DNA of 64,000 nucleotides from an uncultured virus (IMG/VR IMGVR_UViG_3300028581_000034) (IMGVR_UViG_3300028581_000034); one strand, 5' to 3'. Numbered from the stretch's first letter, positions 10,303 through 21,954 are shown. Notes: generated by a model not told the origin, from the letters alone. Program-made: numbers and translations.

Positions 10303-11210
10303 TATTCTGTAATAGTGGTGAAGTTTTTAGTGTAATCAATATTAGTACCTCTATCCTGACGAACTTCGTAAAGAAGAGCATTAAATTGGTCACGGATTTC
10401 GTATAGATTGTATTGTTTGTAAATGTTATTTTCACTATCATACATTGTGTAAACCCCATCATCAATACTTTTAGTTTGATTACCAAACAGAGCAATTGCA
10501 AGAGATGATGTATCGTATTCAACAATATCAACTTCAATTGTGATTGGATTGAAAAATGTGTTAGATAATATAATACTTTGTGCTGGTTGTCCAATAAATG
10601 GTGTTGCGTTTGGTTTGTTTGTTGGCGATGATGAAGGTGACACAGTCAAGAACATTAAATTAGATACCCCATCAACGTAACGATATCTCACCGCCTTTTG
10701 TGTTGTATTCACTTGGTTAACAACAACAGGCTCACAATAAAAACAAGATGTCACAATTCTGAAAAAATTTGGGACTTTAGAACCGTCAGCATTCAAGTAT
10801 TCAATTCTAAACCCAACTAATCCTTGAGGTACAAATTTGTTTCTAAATTGTTCAGGAACATTAGATAAATCAATAACAATCCCCTTTACGTTTGGTAATG
10901 CACTTAAAACACCACAATCACTAATTGTAGTTCTAATTTGTGCTGGTCTTATCATTAGAGTATAAATTCCAATTTGATTGAACTCTTCGGCTGGTAATGT
11001 TAGATTGTATAATCCCCCAAGTACTTCAATACCAGCATTACCACCCGTATTGGTGTTATTAAAGTAAGGACGCAATATTGAAGGTGCGTCTAATGTTTTT
11101 AAAACAAAGTCCGTAGTTTGGTCCCTTGAAGGTGTGTAATTCAGAATGATTTCAACATCTTCAGGAGAAACGTCTGCGGGTCTTATTGTTCCATATGTTC
11201 CAACTGCCAT
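10302..11210 (-). CDS. Hypothetical baseplate-region structural protein
   Basis: 302 aa ORF coupled to the next gene (TAATG-type overlap). TATTTAT upstream. Confidence 0.6.
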   Translation of the reverse strand: MAVGTYGTIRPADVSPEDVEIILNYTPSRDQTTDFVLKTLDAPSILRPYFNNTNTGGNAGIEVLGGLYNLTLPAEEFNQIGIYTLMIRPAQIRTTISDCGVLSALPNVKGIVIDLSNVPEQFRNKFVPQGLVGFRIEYLNADGSKVPNFFRIVTSCFYCEPVVVNQVNTTQKAVRYRYVDGVSNLMFLTVSPSSSPTNKPNATPFIGQPAQSIILSNTFFNPITIEVDIVEYDTSSLAIALFGNQTKSIDDGVYTMYDSENNIYKQYNLYEIRDQFNALLYEVRQDRGTNIDYTKNFTTITE

Positions 11211-11236
11211 TTTATATCTTTATTTCAATAAATAGT

Positions 11237-12331
11237 TTATCCTTTTTTTTCTATAAGAAAATATCCGTATCCATAATTTTCCATATCAGACACGGTTGAT
11301 ACTTCCCCTAATCTTCTTATTTGTTCGTAAGCGGTATTTTTACCTCTTTCAACAAATACATCCGATACAATTTGGGGTTGGTCAATCACACCCATCAAAA
11401 TCGGTTCTTTGGTTATGGGAACCGCTTCAATCATGTTTTGAGTTAATCCACTACTGTTTTCAAAATATATTGTCGTACCATCTGAGTAATCATAGTAATC
11501 AACATTTTGAATTGTATATGCGGTATATGATGATGCAATGTTATTAACAACACCAATTATCTCAACACCTTGAATTACAGGAACCCCAACTATGTAAGGT
11601 GTCACACCATATTGTTGTAATTCTGTTAGTCTTGAAGTTGTTACACCTGATACAACAAATGGTACCGTTGTGTATGCTGAGGAGACTTGTTGAGCAACGG
11701 TATTGTCGGCATCGTATGGATAGATATAATCATAACTTACAGGTGTTGTTGACCAATTACCACCCAAAGGTTGGAAGAATGCTCTTCCTTTAGGATTATA
11801 AATTATAACATTTTCAAACGGAACTTTAACTTCTTTTGAAACCAAGTTAACACCAAAAGGTGTTGTTTGTTTCATAGTTATGGTATACCCGCTTTTTGCT
11901 AATGGATATGTATGATTCAATATCTCTCCACTGAATATCTCTTCAGGACTGTTATCACCCCAATTTATTTTATAAGATGAAAACTCAAGAAATGATTTTG
12001 ATTTTTGTGAGCTGTTGTATACGGTAAATGTATATGGACTAACTGTAGATGATGTGAATATAAAATTAGTTACAACATCGGCCTGTTCAGCAACACCATC
12101 AAATGGGGTATAATAACCCATATCAATGGTTGTTTGAGTCAACATAATAGGAACAGTAAGACCTGTTAATATTGAAGCACCATTTGTTCCACCTGTCAAC
12201 ACTTGTCGCATTGATAGATAAACACCAACTTCAGTTACCTCTACGGTATTACCATTAACATAACTTGTTAAACCGGTTACCAAATCTGATTTGATAAATT
12301 CAGGCGATATTTGAAACTTATAATCAACCAT
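11237..12331 (-). CDS. Hypothetical structural protein with PKD-like motif
   Basis: 364 aa; YKINWGDNSPEE...HTYP...YTITM is a PKD/Ig-like signature. Confidence 0.6.
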   Translation of the reverse strand: MVDYKFQISPEFIKSDLVTGLTSYVNGNTVEVTEVGVYLSMRQVLTGGTNGASILTGLTVPIMLTQTTIDMGYYTPFDGVAEQADVVTNFIFTSSTVSPYTFTVYNSSQKSKSFLEFSSYKINWGDNSPEEIFSGEILNHTYPLAKSGYTITMKQTTPFGVNLVSKEVKVPFENVIIYNPKGRAFFQPLGGNWSTTPVSYDYIYPYDADNTVAQQVSSAYTTVPFVVSGVTTSRLTELQQYGVTPYIVGVPVIQGVEIIGVVNNIASSYTAYTIQNVDYYDYSDGTTIYFENSSGLTQNMIEAVPITKEPILMGVIDQPQIVSDVFVERGKNTAYEQIRRLGEVSTVSDMENYGYGYFLIEKKG

Positions 12332-13139
12332 TTGGCTCTACATATTCATACCATTTTATGGGTTGAGTTGTTCCAACCCTATTAAAAGTTATCGTGTCAT
12401 AAACATTGTATTTTTGAGACGGATAATTTAAATTAACTTGATAGTAAAAATTAAACAAATTATTTGGTGCGTATGTGTCAGACACAGAATCCGATTGGGG
12501 TCTATTAATCATACGAGTAAACGTACCGGTCTTAGCATTCCAAAATTTACAAGACATATAAAATCTTGTGATGTCAATATATTCTCTTGATTGTAACCAA
12601 TAGATAAAGAATCCATTTGTATCCCCAACAAAATCCAAAATATATTTTGGTTTGTTAATATCAACCAACGTTCCTTGCATGTCGGCAACCATCTTTTCAC
12701 CTTGAGTTGTCGGGAGAATCATTGTTAAATAATTCTTTTGTTGTGCCTCTGATGGTGAATCATAGAAATCTAATTTGAAGAAACTTTTCTTGAAATTATT
12801 TCTGTAATAATATACCTCGTCGGTTGTAAACCCTTCACTTCTATAGTCCAAAATCCACTCACTACTTGATGTTAGTGTCCCACCTGAAAAGAAATAAAAC
12901 TCATAGTTAACATCTGTCCTTACCGTTAAATCATTTACGTTTGTTGATGTATAACCTGAATGAGCAAATCTGATAGTTTCAAAATCAAAACCTTTACCGG
13001 CAACTTCAGACATAATTTTTGTCTCAATTTCCCTAATCTCATTTTCAGTATCCAACAAACTCCAATTCAATTGGACAGGAATAAACAGACCTTTGTCTTG
13101 AATATCATTTCTACTAATTTGAATTTTATTCACAGTCAT
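12324..13139 (-). CDS. Hypothetical baseplate-region protein
   Basis: 271 aa ORF overlapping both neighbours in an operon. Confidence 0.6.
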   Translation of the reverse strand: MTVNKIQISRNDIQDKGLFIPVQLNWSLLDTENEIREIETKIMSEVAGKGFDFETIRFAHSGYTSTNVNDLTVRTDVNYEFYFFSGGTLTSSSEWILDYRSEGFTTDEVYYYRNNFKKSFFKLDFYDSPSEAQQKNYLTMILPTTQGEKMVADMQGTLVDINKPKYILDFVGDTNGFFIYWLQSREYIDITRFYMSCKFWNAKTGTFTRMINRPQSDSVSDTYAPNNLFNFYYQVNLNYPSQKYNVYDTITFNRVGTTQPIKWYEYVEPNG

Positions 13140-14820
13140 CTACGGCAGGTTGTGTTGCAATGTTTAATCCTCCAAGGATGTCTTGATAGTTTGTACCCTC
13201 AGGTATCAATCTAAATACATAATCCCTGTAAGGATAATGAGCCCTATTCAAATAAGGATAGTTTACACCTCTATCTAAATTATCAAACTCACCATATAAA
13301 TAAGGCTCCCTCCATCTAAACTCTTGGTCTATGGTAGAATAAAACGCATAACTTGGTACGTTTTCAGAATTGTTCTGTGGTGCGGTTTCAACGTAATCTG
13401 AAAAAACTCTTAAGGTTAATGGAATGTGTGGTACATAATAGTAACCCATGGCATTTGGATTTGGAGTTGATTCTGTTTTAAACACATCTTGGTTGAATTT
13501 AATTTTATGAATCAAAGGTGAAATAACTCTTTCAACTTGTTCATAATCATTCCACTCACAAAAATCACCGTCTAATAAATCACCAACTTTTAAAACTTGA
13601 TTGTAATAAAATGTTTCAGTTGTTCCACTAGTTTTAGTATAACTATTAACAGGTATATTTGTAAAAGAATATTGGTTATTATCTGACCACCAAGTACTAA
13701 CATCTTTAGTAAGATTAAATCCCCAACCTCTTTTGAGTCCTACACCATTAAATGACTTGTTAAAGTATCCTGTATATCCTTTGTTAACAACCGATAAAAA
13801 TATCTCACCTACAGGACGATTTCTGTTGTCTGTAATTCCACTAAGAATCAATTCTTTTTTCAATGTAACATCGTAAGTATTTGATGATGTTTTTGTTGAA
13901 ACTCTTGTCTGTTGATTTGGTGTAATAGAACTAAACTCTAATTTTTTCTGATTATTAAATGGGTTAAGTTCAAATCCGGTTTTTGTTACATCAACTTCGT
14001 TCTGTGTAAATAAAACTCTGTTTTTTCTAACGTAATATTTTGACCTTGTTTCCAAATTTGATGGATTAGAAACTCTTTTAAATGTTCCCATCCTACCATT
14101 AAAAAATGTATTACCAGTGTAACCAGGGTTTATAATATTAAACACAAAATCAGAACTTTCATATCTGTCATTACCTAATGATAACACCTCAAATATTGTA
14201 TCACCGTCATAATCAAATGATAATTCAACGGATTCAAATGGAACAAGTCCATGTGACATCAAACACTGAAAAGAAATAATATTAAAACCACCTTCTGAAG
14301 ATGACGATATTATAAATGGAATCCCCTCTTCAGCATTCCACTGAATGGTTTGTCCCGAATACGTTCCTTGCATTGTAACACTACCATCATTTGTAGATGG
14401 GTAGGTTAAATAATAAGTCCAATTATAAGTGTATGCACTCTCAGGTGAGTAATCAAAGTGATAATCTGTTATTCGTGGTCTAAAGAAGTCAAACTCATAA
14501 TATTGTGGGTAACCTCTCCACACACTACTAACCGATGATTGTTCAGGATTTACATAATATAAATTATTAAGAAATGGAATATATTCTGTGGTCCCTGTTA
14601 AAGTATTATCATACAAATATTGTAACTTGAATGTTGGTCTGAACACCTCAGAAGTTTGTCGTTCATCGTCATATAGTTGTGATAAGTTTAAAGAGGTGTT
14701 TCTTACAAACTGTGTTAACTCCTCTTGTGTTTGACTTAGTTCAAGATTCACCTGTTGGTCAATAGAAGGTGCCGATTTAAACTGAAGTCTAGACGGTATA
14801 ATTGTAAAATCACTCATCAC
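13126..14820 (-). CDS. Hypothetical baseplate-region protein
   Basis: 564 aa ORF overlapping both neighbours in an operon. Confidence 0.6.
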   Translation of the reverse strand: MMSDFTIIPSRLQFKSAPSIDQQVNLELSQTQEELTQFVRNTSLNLSQLYDDERQTSEVFRPTFKLQYLYDNTLTGTTEYIPFLNNLYYVNPEQSSVSSVWRGYPQYYEFDFFRPRITDYHFDYSPESAYTYNWTYYLTYPSTNDGSVTMQGTYSGQTIQWNAEEGIPFIISSSSEGGFNIISFQCLMSHGLVPFESVELSFDYDGDTIFEVLSLGNDRYESSDFVFNIINPGYTGNTFFNGRMGTFKRVSNPSNLETRSKYYVRKNRVLFTQNEVDVTKTGFELNPFNNQKKLEFSSITPNQQTRVSTKTSSNTYDVTLKKELILSGITDNRNRPVGEIFLSVVNKGYTGYFNKSFNGVGLKRGWGFNLTKDVSTWWSDNNQYSFTNIPVNSYTKTSGTTETFYYNQVLKVGDLLDGDFCEWNDYEQVERVISPLIHKIKFNQDVFKTESTPNPNAMGYYYVPHIPLTLRVFSDYVETAPQNNSENVPSYAFYSTIDQEFRWREPYLYGEFDNLDRGVNYPYLNRAHYPYRDYVFRLIPEGTNYQDILGGLNIATQPAVDDCE

Positions 14821-17800
14821 TTAAATACTTTTGTTTAAATTTATCAAGTGCCGTTAAACCAGTTTTTAATCCAAAATAAAAATGGAATGGAGCACCCACT
14901 AAAAATCTACTATTCCAATTACCAACATTTGGTGTAATCACACCATTGTTATCTTGCATGTAAATGTAACCTCTCGCTCTTCTATCATCACCTTGAGTAT
15001 TTGACCCAATAAAGTATGTTGGAGACACCACATTTGTTCTATCTAAAACTTGATACTTTCTTGAGAATATATCATTTGTTTCCGTTGCCCATGTATTTTC
15101 ATCACTACCAAATATTGTTGGGTTTACCAATCTTGGGAATAAATAACTTAATAATGTACTTCTCGGTGGGTTTTGTTCCCACTGATAGAAAGGCACTTCT
15201 TGTGATTTAATACCGTAACTATATTGAATCGCAGATGATGCCGGATTTGGTCTGAAATTGATTTTACCAGGAGTTAAAAAATCTTTGAACTGTAGGTCTT
15301 CTGTAGTTGAAGAGAAGAAGATACCCATAACAGGTCCACTTATATTATTCCCCAATAATTGAACGGGGTCATCCGTACCACCAAAAGACTCGTAAGCATC
15401 TGCAGAGAATTTAATAACACCATTTTCAGAGTTGATTGATAATAATTGTACTAAATCACCGTCAGCTCTAAATTCTTTTCTTGAAAAAAGAATATTAATA
15501 ATACTACTATTAAGTGTTTGTGGTAATGTTGTTAAAGATAATAATCTAATGAACGCGTTATTTGTTATTCTTGATATAACGAAGAACGTTAAAATATCTG
15601 AAGTATCACCATAACTTGTTGGTGTAAGTTTATTCATCACAAAACCTTTGTATGTTGGGTCTAATGAAATTTCAGAATAGATATCACTCTTTGGACCCAA
15701 ATTCATAATTGTTGTTGGGTATAATAAGTTTAAATCATTAATCTTACCCGCCGAAGGTGTTTGTCTTTTACCAATAAACCCTTTAGCAGACGATGGATTA
15801 TAAGGACTACTTCTCATGTAAAAGTTGTTACTGTCATCATTGAAGTAAACAAACTCTTTACAGTACGTTGTTCTAACAGGTCTATTCTGACCATCATAAA
15901 CAGTTCTTGTTTGAATTGGTGGTGTGTATAATGTTCCGTTTACCCAGTTGTTAGTAAATGTTTGAGATAAAACACCTCTACACAACGCATAAAAGAATCT
16001 ATACCTAACACCATATTCTGTAAACCCTAACAAATCTTTAGGTAATGAAACTAAAGGTTTTGTCATAAACCTATAACATCCATCATAAACTATGTCATTA
16101 TTTTGACAGTCGGCTTTAACCCCAAAAGTTTTTCCGTCACCACTATAACAATCAATACTAACCATGTTGGTACATGAAAAAGTTTCAAGAACATTCACAG
16201 CACCTGTTAAATCTGTGATGTCAGAAGTTACAATGTCAGCACCTGTACCATAAGCAACAGTTGTAAAATCCTCCTGATACTGAGTGGTGATTTCATAAAT
16301 GGTGAAACCTAAATTCTGTTGTAACACAGGAACAATACCATTCCAATTTGAACCTTCTAAGAAATCTGAAGACGGTAGTCTGTCAGTTCTCATTACATTT
16401 AAAATCTTATTAGAAATTGTAAGAGGTGTTGATTCAAATTGTGGTAACAAAGAAACTGAAATATATTCACTATCAACTTGTGAAGGTTTTTTACCTTGAC
16501 CTGTTGTCTTTAACCAATAAAAATCTAAACCTGAAACATCTTCTAATGAATCATATTTACCATCATTGATTTGAGTATCAAAAAAGTCGTTTTTATCTTT
16601 ACTTGTTGTTAATACAACACCACTATTTGTTGGATATTCAAAGTAATCATCAACACCATAACTCTTTAAAGTTCTACCACCACTATTTATGAAATTTTTC
16701 CATTCAGTATTAGCATCTAATCCACTATAGTAACCAACATTTGATGTTGTAAATGCTGAAAAACCGTTACCGGCACTAAAGAATTTACTCTCATAAAATA
16801 TGTTAGATTGAACATTGTGATTTTGAACTGACATATCAGTTTCTGTCAATTTTTGAATAGGTACATTGACTCTTGATTTAGTTGTAACAACAACGTCATC
16901 TTCGTTTGTAAATCCAAGAATCTTACCAATACCATATTTGTTGGTATACAAAGGTGAGTAAGGGTCAACCCCTCTTTGAAGAATTAAAATATATTGATTT
17001 TCAAATCCTTCAAATGTTGTTCTTGGTTGATATCCTGTGGTATACTTATCCCAAGTCAAACCTTGTTTTCTAGCATAGGTAACATTAACAACCGAATTTA
17101 TTAATTTTAAAAATGAATTATATGTAGGTTGTAATTGACATACAGGACCCACAAACACAACACTACCATCACCACTATCTAATGTTGGTGTTGCACATGC
17201 ACAAACCTCCATGGTCTCACCAACCCAATCTTGTGCGGTTGTATCATATACGTTAGTTAGGTTAACATATTGTGTAGTTCCATCACAAGCCTGATATGAG
17301 AAATATGCGAATAATTGACCGACAGTTGAGTCGTCACATTTTACAACATACTTTCTACAAGATGAACACCCTGGTTGTGCAATAAGATTAAACGCATCAC
17401 TAACGGTAATTGCGGTAACCACTTGGTAATATTCAATGTCCGCAGGGTAATTATAATTTGTTTCTGTCGAACCTGAACTTAAGGTATACGTTTGAGTCGT
17501 ATCTGTAGTTTGAGAAGTAGCATAATTTATTGTTACGGTACTAGGACCAATAAATAACGTGGTACCGCTAATACCCGTATCTGATTGAGTATTAGAACTG
17601 AACTTATAGTTATTGTCCGACGAATTTTCAGGATTAACAAATGTCAACAACGTTCCTGAAGGAAACTGAGATTGAGACATTATTGTTAAAGTATTATCAA
17701 AGTGTTTTGTCGTTGCGTTTGATGGATTATCAAAACTAACAGAAATTCTATTGAGTCCGTCAAAGTATTTTTTTCTACTATTGAATTGATTAACTCTCTG

Positions 17801-20017
17801 AGCCATCGGTAATGATGTTCCATATGCGAAATACTTGTCATTATCCGCATCAGGTAATCTTGTCTCCTCAGACTCTGTAGATTTATAAACCCCCAACTTT
17901 TGGTTTCTAAAAATTCTTGAACCAACCGCCTGTGACAAAGTAAAAGATTGAACCGCAATATTATTATCTGAGATTGTACCATCATCATCATCATTACTTT
18001 CAACCTTATTAAACTTCAAATCACTCTCAGAAATTTTTTCATAATAAAGTCCAGGATTTGCTAAAGGTGTTAACAAAGATGTTCCACCACCTTCACTGTC
18101 ACCGGCAATGGTGTCACCAGGTTTACAATCACAACCCTGACACTCGGGGTATGTTATCATTGATAAGTTAAACGCTCCAAATTTAAACTTTGTAATTCTT
18201 CTGAATTGTGTTGTTAGTGTTATAGCAAGTGTGGTAAAAAAGATTGCTGGTGCAAGAAATAGTAAACCAGCACCAAATACCGCCATTAAAGCGGCCGTAA
18301 GGGTAAAGAAAGTGTAGGCTAAATACGATGAAATAGCTATCAAAGCAATTACAATAGGAACCGCCAAATTATTCCACAAAAATGCAATAATATGATAAGC
18401 AATAAGAAGTGGTACAAATATTATTTGGAATATCTGAAATAAGATTGAAAATAAGAAATATATTAAATCAAAATTCTTAACCCCCTCGTTGACGGGAAAA
18501 TTGTTTGTTGTGTTGGTACACTGATTGTCGGCAATATCTTTTACACCGATAAACTTACTTCTACCATCCCCCCTTTTATATTGGTCAATTAAACTAGAAA
18601 CGGTAAAGACTTTGTTGTATTGAAACTCATAGAAGGTATCAAGACAATTAATGGCATTATTTAATTTTTCATTCTCAATTGCCGTGGTACTGGCATCGGT
18701 ATATCCTGACCAATCAATACCAAAGTAATATGAACTTTTTAAATCTTTTAACAATAATGGGTTACTACCATAAATCGGGTCAACAGAGGACAATTGCCAT
18801 CCATATTCTCTGATGTTTGGAACCAAGTAATATGGTCTTCTAATTTGCTCAACAGAGTTTGGTGATTGTTGCCATTTGATTTTGAATCTGTATTTTCCTT
18901 TTGTTGGAATACCCACCGACGGGTCTCGTGAAAATATTCTTGTTCCGTCTTCAGAGGTTGTCACATAATCCAAGTTCATTGGAACTTCAACAACCCATGT
19001 ACCGTCACCGTCAATTACATTACCTGAGTTTTCCAATCTATATTCCTCCAAGATTGGTCTACCCTCATCATCTTGGTTGATTGTTTGTCTAACGGCCAAT
19101 ACCTGACCAGGACCAGGGATATTCTGACACAGACTACCTGTATTGTCTTTTGGTTTACATCCTCTACCTAACACACTTGGAGGTCCATCGGTTCTTACAG
19201 ATGGTGCCCCGATTCTATACTCATCAGGACTTGAGAACATTGAACCCATGAATATCGCTGTTGGTTCAATATCAATATTGGCTTCTTCACGTAAATCAAA
19301 ATCAACACGGTTTACCTCGGCTTGACATAGGCTTGGGTCACCCCAAAATGGATTTACTTCAAAGGTCTTGGTGATGGATACAATCTGTGGTAAACTCTCC
19401 AAGTTGGTTGATGTTTGGAATCTATCACCCGCCACCTGAGCTTCAGTGGCTCTACCCATACGAATCAAATCCTGAGGGGTTAGTGAGAACTCACCAATGT
19501 CACTCAAGTCCAAATCCATTACCATAGTTTGTTGTCCCAATGGAACACCAAAAATCATGTAGTCACCACTCTCGTTGGTCTTGACAGTATACTTGTAATA
19601 ACGGTCGTAAACCGCAACTAAAGTTGGGTCTTTTAAAACCTCTTCTCTTGTTGGGAAAGTACCAACTACAGCATGTTTTGCATATGACGGCTCACTTGGT
19701 AATAAGTTAAATCTAATACCATTGGTGTCCCTATCGTTTGGTTGAACATAAGGATATAGAGCAACAATCTGTTCGTTAAGTGCATCGGTTTCAGTGATAG
19801 GTACAAAGATTGAAACCTTTACGTTTGGAATACCTAATCCACCGTTGGCAATAACCCTACCAACCACAACACCGTAGTCCGCACAGTTTCTTGTGTAAAC
19901 ATCATTCTGAGAAATTTGAAGAGAAAGAATTTCTAAAAATTCAAAATCTTGCTCTAATTGAAACGATATATTTTTGTCTACACCTAAGTCAGTTTTTATC
20001 CTATATGATTTTCCCAT
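14810..20017 (-). CDS. Large structural protein with N-terminal carboxypeptidase-regulatory-like Ig domain and an internal hydrophobic (TM-like) segment
   Basis: 1735 aa. GVVVGRV...GIPNVKVSI...KTNESGDYMIFGVPLG motif and an approximately 85 aa hydrophobic stretch. TATTTAT upstream. Confidence 0.6.
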   Translation of the reverse strand: MGKSYRIKTDLGVDKNISFQLEQDFEFLEILSLQISQNDVYTRNCADYGVVVGRVIANGGLGIPNVKVSIFVPITETDALNEQIVALYPYVQPNDRDTNGIRFNLLPSEPSYAKHAVVGTFPTREEVLKDPTLVAVYDRYYKYTVKTNESGDYMIFGVPLGQQTMVMDLDLSDIGEFSLTPQDLIRMGRATEAQVAGDRFQTSTNLESLPQIVSITKTFEVNPFWGDPSLCQAEVNRVDFDLREEANIDIEPTAIFMGSMFSSPDEYRIGAPSVRTDGPPSVLGRGCKPKDNTGSLCQNIPGPGQVLAVRQTINQDDEGRPILEEYRLENSGNVIDGDGTWVVEVPMNLDYVTTSEDGTRIFSRDPSVGIPTKGKYRFKIKWQQSPNSVEQIRRPYYLVPNIREYGWQLSSVDPIYGSNPLLLKDLKSSYYFGIDWSGYTDASTTAIENEKLNNAINCLDTFYEFQYNKVFTVSSLIDQYKRGDGRSKFIGVKDIADNQCTNTTNNFPVNEGVKNFDLIYFLFSILFQIFQIIFVPLLIAYHIIAFLWNNLAVPIVIALIAISSYLAYTFFTLTAALMAVFGAGLLFLAPAIFFTTLAITLTTQFRRITKFKFGAFNLSMITYPECQGCDCKPGDTIAGDSEGGGTSLLTPLANPGLYYEKISESDLKFNKVESNDDDDGTISDNNIAVQSFTLSQAVGSRIFRNQKLGVYKSTESEETRLPDADNDKYFAYGTSLPMAQRVNQFNSRKKYFDGLNRISVSFDNPSNATTKHFDNTLTIMSQSQFPSGTLLTFVNPENSSDNNYKFSSNTQSDTGISGTTLFIGPSTVTINYATSQTTDTTQTYTLSSGSTETNYNYPADIEYYQVVTAITVSDAFNLIAQPGCSSCRKYVVKCDDSTVGQLFAYFSYQACDGTTQYVNLTNVYDTTAQDWVGETMEVCACATPTLDSGDGSVVFVGPVCQLQPTYNSFLKLINSVVNVTYARKQGLTWDKYTTGYQPRTTFEGFENQYILILQRGVDPYSPLYTNKYGIGKILGFTNEDDVVVTTKSRVNVPIQKLTETDMSVQNHNVQSNIFYESKFFSAGNGFSAFTTSNVGYYSGLDANTEWKNFINSGGRTLKSYGVDDYFEYPTNSGVVLTTSKDKNDFFDTQINDGKYDSLEDVSGLDFYWLKTTGQGKKPSQVDSEYISVSLLPQFESTPLTISNKILNVMRTDRLPSSDFLEGSNWNGIVPVLQQNLGFTIYEITTQYQEDFTTVAYGTGADIVTSDITDLTGAVNVLETFSCTNMVSIDCYSGDGKTFGVKADCQNNDIVYDGCYRFMTKPLVSLPKDLLGFTEYGVRYRFFYALCRGVLSQTFTNNWVNGTLYTPPIQTRTVYDGQNRPVRTTYCKEFVYFNDDSNNFYMRSSPYNPSSAKGFIGKRQTPSAGKINDLNLLYPTTIMNLGPKSDIYSEISLDPTYKGFVMNKLTPTSYGDTSDILTFFVISRITNNAFIRLLSLTTLPQTLNSSIINILFSRKEFRADGDLVQLLSINSENGVIKFSADAYESFGGTDDPVQLLGNNISGPVMGIFFSSTTEDLQFKDFLTPGKINFRPNPASSAIQYSYGIKSQEVPFYQWEQNPPRSTLLSYLFPRLVNPTIFGSDENTWATETNDIFSRKYQVLDRTNVVSPTYFIGSNTQGDDRRARGYIYMQDNNGVITPNVGNWNSRFLVGAPFHFYFGLKTGLTALDKFKQKYLSDE

Positions 20018-20108
20018 TTAAGGCTTTAATGATAAATAGTTATTTGGGTTTTTTTGAGAAAACCTCTTAATCTAAAAATATACCTTAAGGTGTGATTAAA
20101 TAAAGGTG

Positions 20109-21947
20109 TTATGTGAAAGAAACGTTCTGTAAGTTTCTTACCCTCACCTTAATATCTTTTTGTGGGTATCTAACCTGATAAACTTGGTTAGGTTGTGCAA
20201 ACAAAGTATCGTCAACAGGTCTGATAATTCTTAACTCAGCGTCTGAATATGGCATTGAAGTTTCATCCGAAGAATATTGTCCCCCCACTTTGTTATCAAT
20301 AACAATATCCGATACGGTAATTACACCATTTTGACTTTGAACAATACTTCTAAGTTCTGACAAATAAACGTTCTGACCTAACTGTCTGAATTGGGGGTCA
20401 AAATATGTTGAAACTCTGTTAACAATATCACTAATAATTTGTCCTGAGTTTTGTGTTGCATCTAATACAACTGAAATCTCCACACCCAAGTCTAAAACCT
20501 CTGCGGTTGTTACCTGAATATAGTCATTCATCATTCTATAATTTGACAAATAATTTGCTACGTTTTGTTTCAATGTATTTGATACAATACTAGTCAACTT
20601 ACCAGATGTATCATAAGATAACATTGAGATGACAATTTTGTTGTTGTTTTCTGTGATTGATACTTTTGCAGGTGCACCGAATTCTGCTGGCATGTTCCTC
20701 AATAAAGAGTCATAGTCATTAACGGTAACCGCTCTGTTCTGAGCCGCGAAGTTAAATGCGACAAAGTTTCTAACTTCTTCTGTGTTTGGTGCGTTTGAAC
20801 CACCAATAGCCGCGGTAACGTTGGTACATCTCAATGAATTGATTACCGAACTATTAATTGTTTGTGACGGACCATTAACAAAGAATGATACCGTTCCAAT
20901 CTGATTAATAACGTTTGTACCTAAGTTTGTCGCTAAACCACCACCAACTCTATACTGAACAAATAACGTTGCGTTTGGTGTCAATGTTGAACCCAATGAA
21001 AAGTTATTGGTAATGTTCTGAATTGTAATTGGGAAACCTAAATTGGTGAAGGTATTCAATTGGTCTTGAGCTGAAGTTGTACCCCCACCAAAAGTTAGTT
21101 TATCAAACCCTTCAGGTGTGAATTCAGAGATGAATCTACTATTTGTTTGAAGGTACCTACCTACTTTAATACCGGGTTGGTCAGACACTTTGGTAGGGTC
21201 TTCAATAAAGATTCTATCCTCAGCCAAAGCATCTACCTCAAACCATCTGTTTTCTAAACCTAAAAATTCTGCAGCGGTAGGAACGTTAGTGTAGTTGGTT
21301 CCGTTCTTTAATAATACACTTGTAATACCAAGAACATTTTTATCTGGTAAAAACAATTCAAAGAATGGTTTTACATCGGCAGGTGTGATAACTCTTTTGT
21401 AAACTTTGGTAATACCATTTACAACAAGCTCTCTTTTTGTGATTGTGTAGTTAACTAAATTACCTGTGGCATCAAAATTTGGAATCTTTAATCTGTTTGG
21501 GAAACCGGCGTAATTGTATGGTGACGAGAAATCAATATCGTATTGGTTTTCAAACACAATACCCGCACCAAATATTTGAGAACCTCTATTTAGAATACCC
21601 AAATATCTTTCATCTTCTTTATCACCAAAAGCAGGTACAGTAATTGAGAAATCAACTAAAGATACTGATGGTCTCTGACCCGGTATTTTAAGACCGTATG
21701 TTCTGGCTATATTATAAATTGATGACCTTTGTTGTGCGTATTGTAATACAGTCTCTTGGATACTTCTATCAATGTGATAGTGTAGGTTGTCTGCAACCGC
21801 AGCATTCAAATCCAAGAATACCGAGAACACTGACGCGTCGTTGAAGTCCTGAATTAGTTCAGGATAATATGTACGGACATAGTTTTGTAACTCTATACGA
21901 ATTCCTTCATAATCTCGTACTGTATATGAAATTCTATTGTTTGCCAT
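20109..21947 (-). CDS. Baseplate wedge subunit (T4 gp6 / baseplate J-like)
   Basis: DYEGIR..L..Y; SIYNIARTYG; FGGG; YRVGGG; GGSNA...AQNRAVTVNDY are characteristic gp6 motifs. Follows gp25. Confidence 0.9.
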   Translation of the reverse strand: MANNRISYTVRDYEGIRIELQNYVRTYYPELIQDFNDASVFSVFLDLNAAVADNLHYHIDRSIQETVLQYAQQRSSIYNIARTYGLKIPGQRPSVSLVDFSITVPAFGDKEDERYLGILNRGSQIFGAGIVFENQYDIDFSSPYNYAGFPNRLKIPNFDATGNLVNYTITKRELVVNGITKVYKRVITPADVKPFFELFLPDKNVLGITSVLLKNGTNYTNVPTAAEFLGLENRWFEVDALAEDRIFIEDPTKVSDQPGIKVGRYLQTNSRFISEFTPEGFDKLTFGGGTTSAQDQLNTFTNLGFPITIQNITNNFSLGSTLTPNATLFVQYRVGGGLATNLGTNVINQIGTVSFFVNGPSQTINSSVINSLRCTNVTAAIGGSNAPNTEEVRNFVAFNFAAQNRAVTVNDYDSLLRNMPAEFGAPAKVSITENNNKIVISMLSYDTSGKLTSIVSNTLKQNVANYLSNYRMMNDYIQVTTAEVLDLGVEISVVLDATQNSGQIISDIVNRVSTYFDPQFRQLGQNVYLSELRSIVQSQNGVITVSDIVIDNKVGGQYSSDETSMPYSDAELRIIRPVDDTLFAQPNQVYQVRYPQKDIKVRVRNLQNVSFT

Positions 21948-21954
21948 CTATTGT

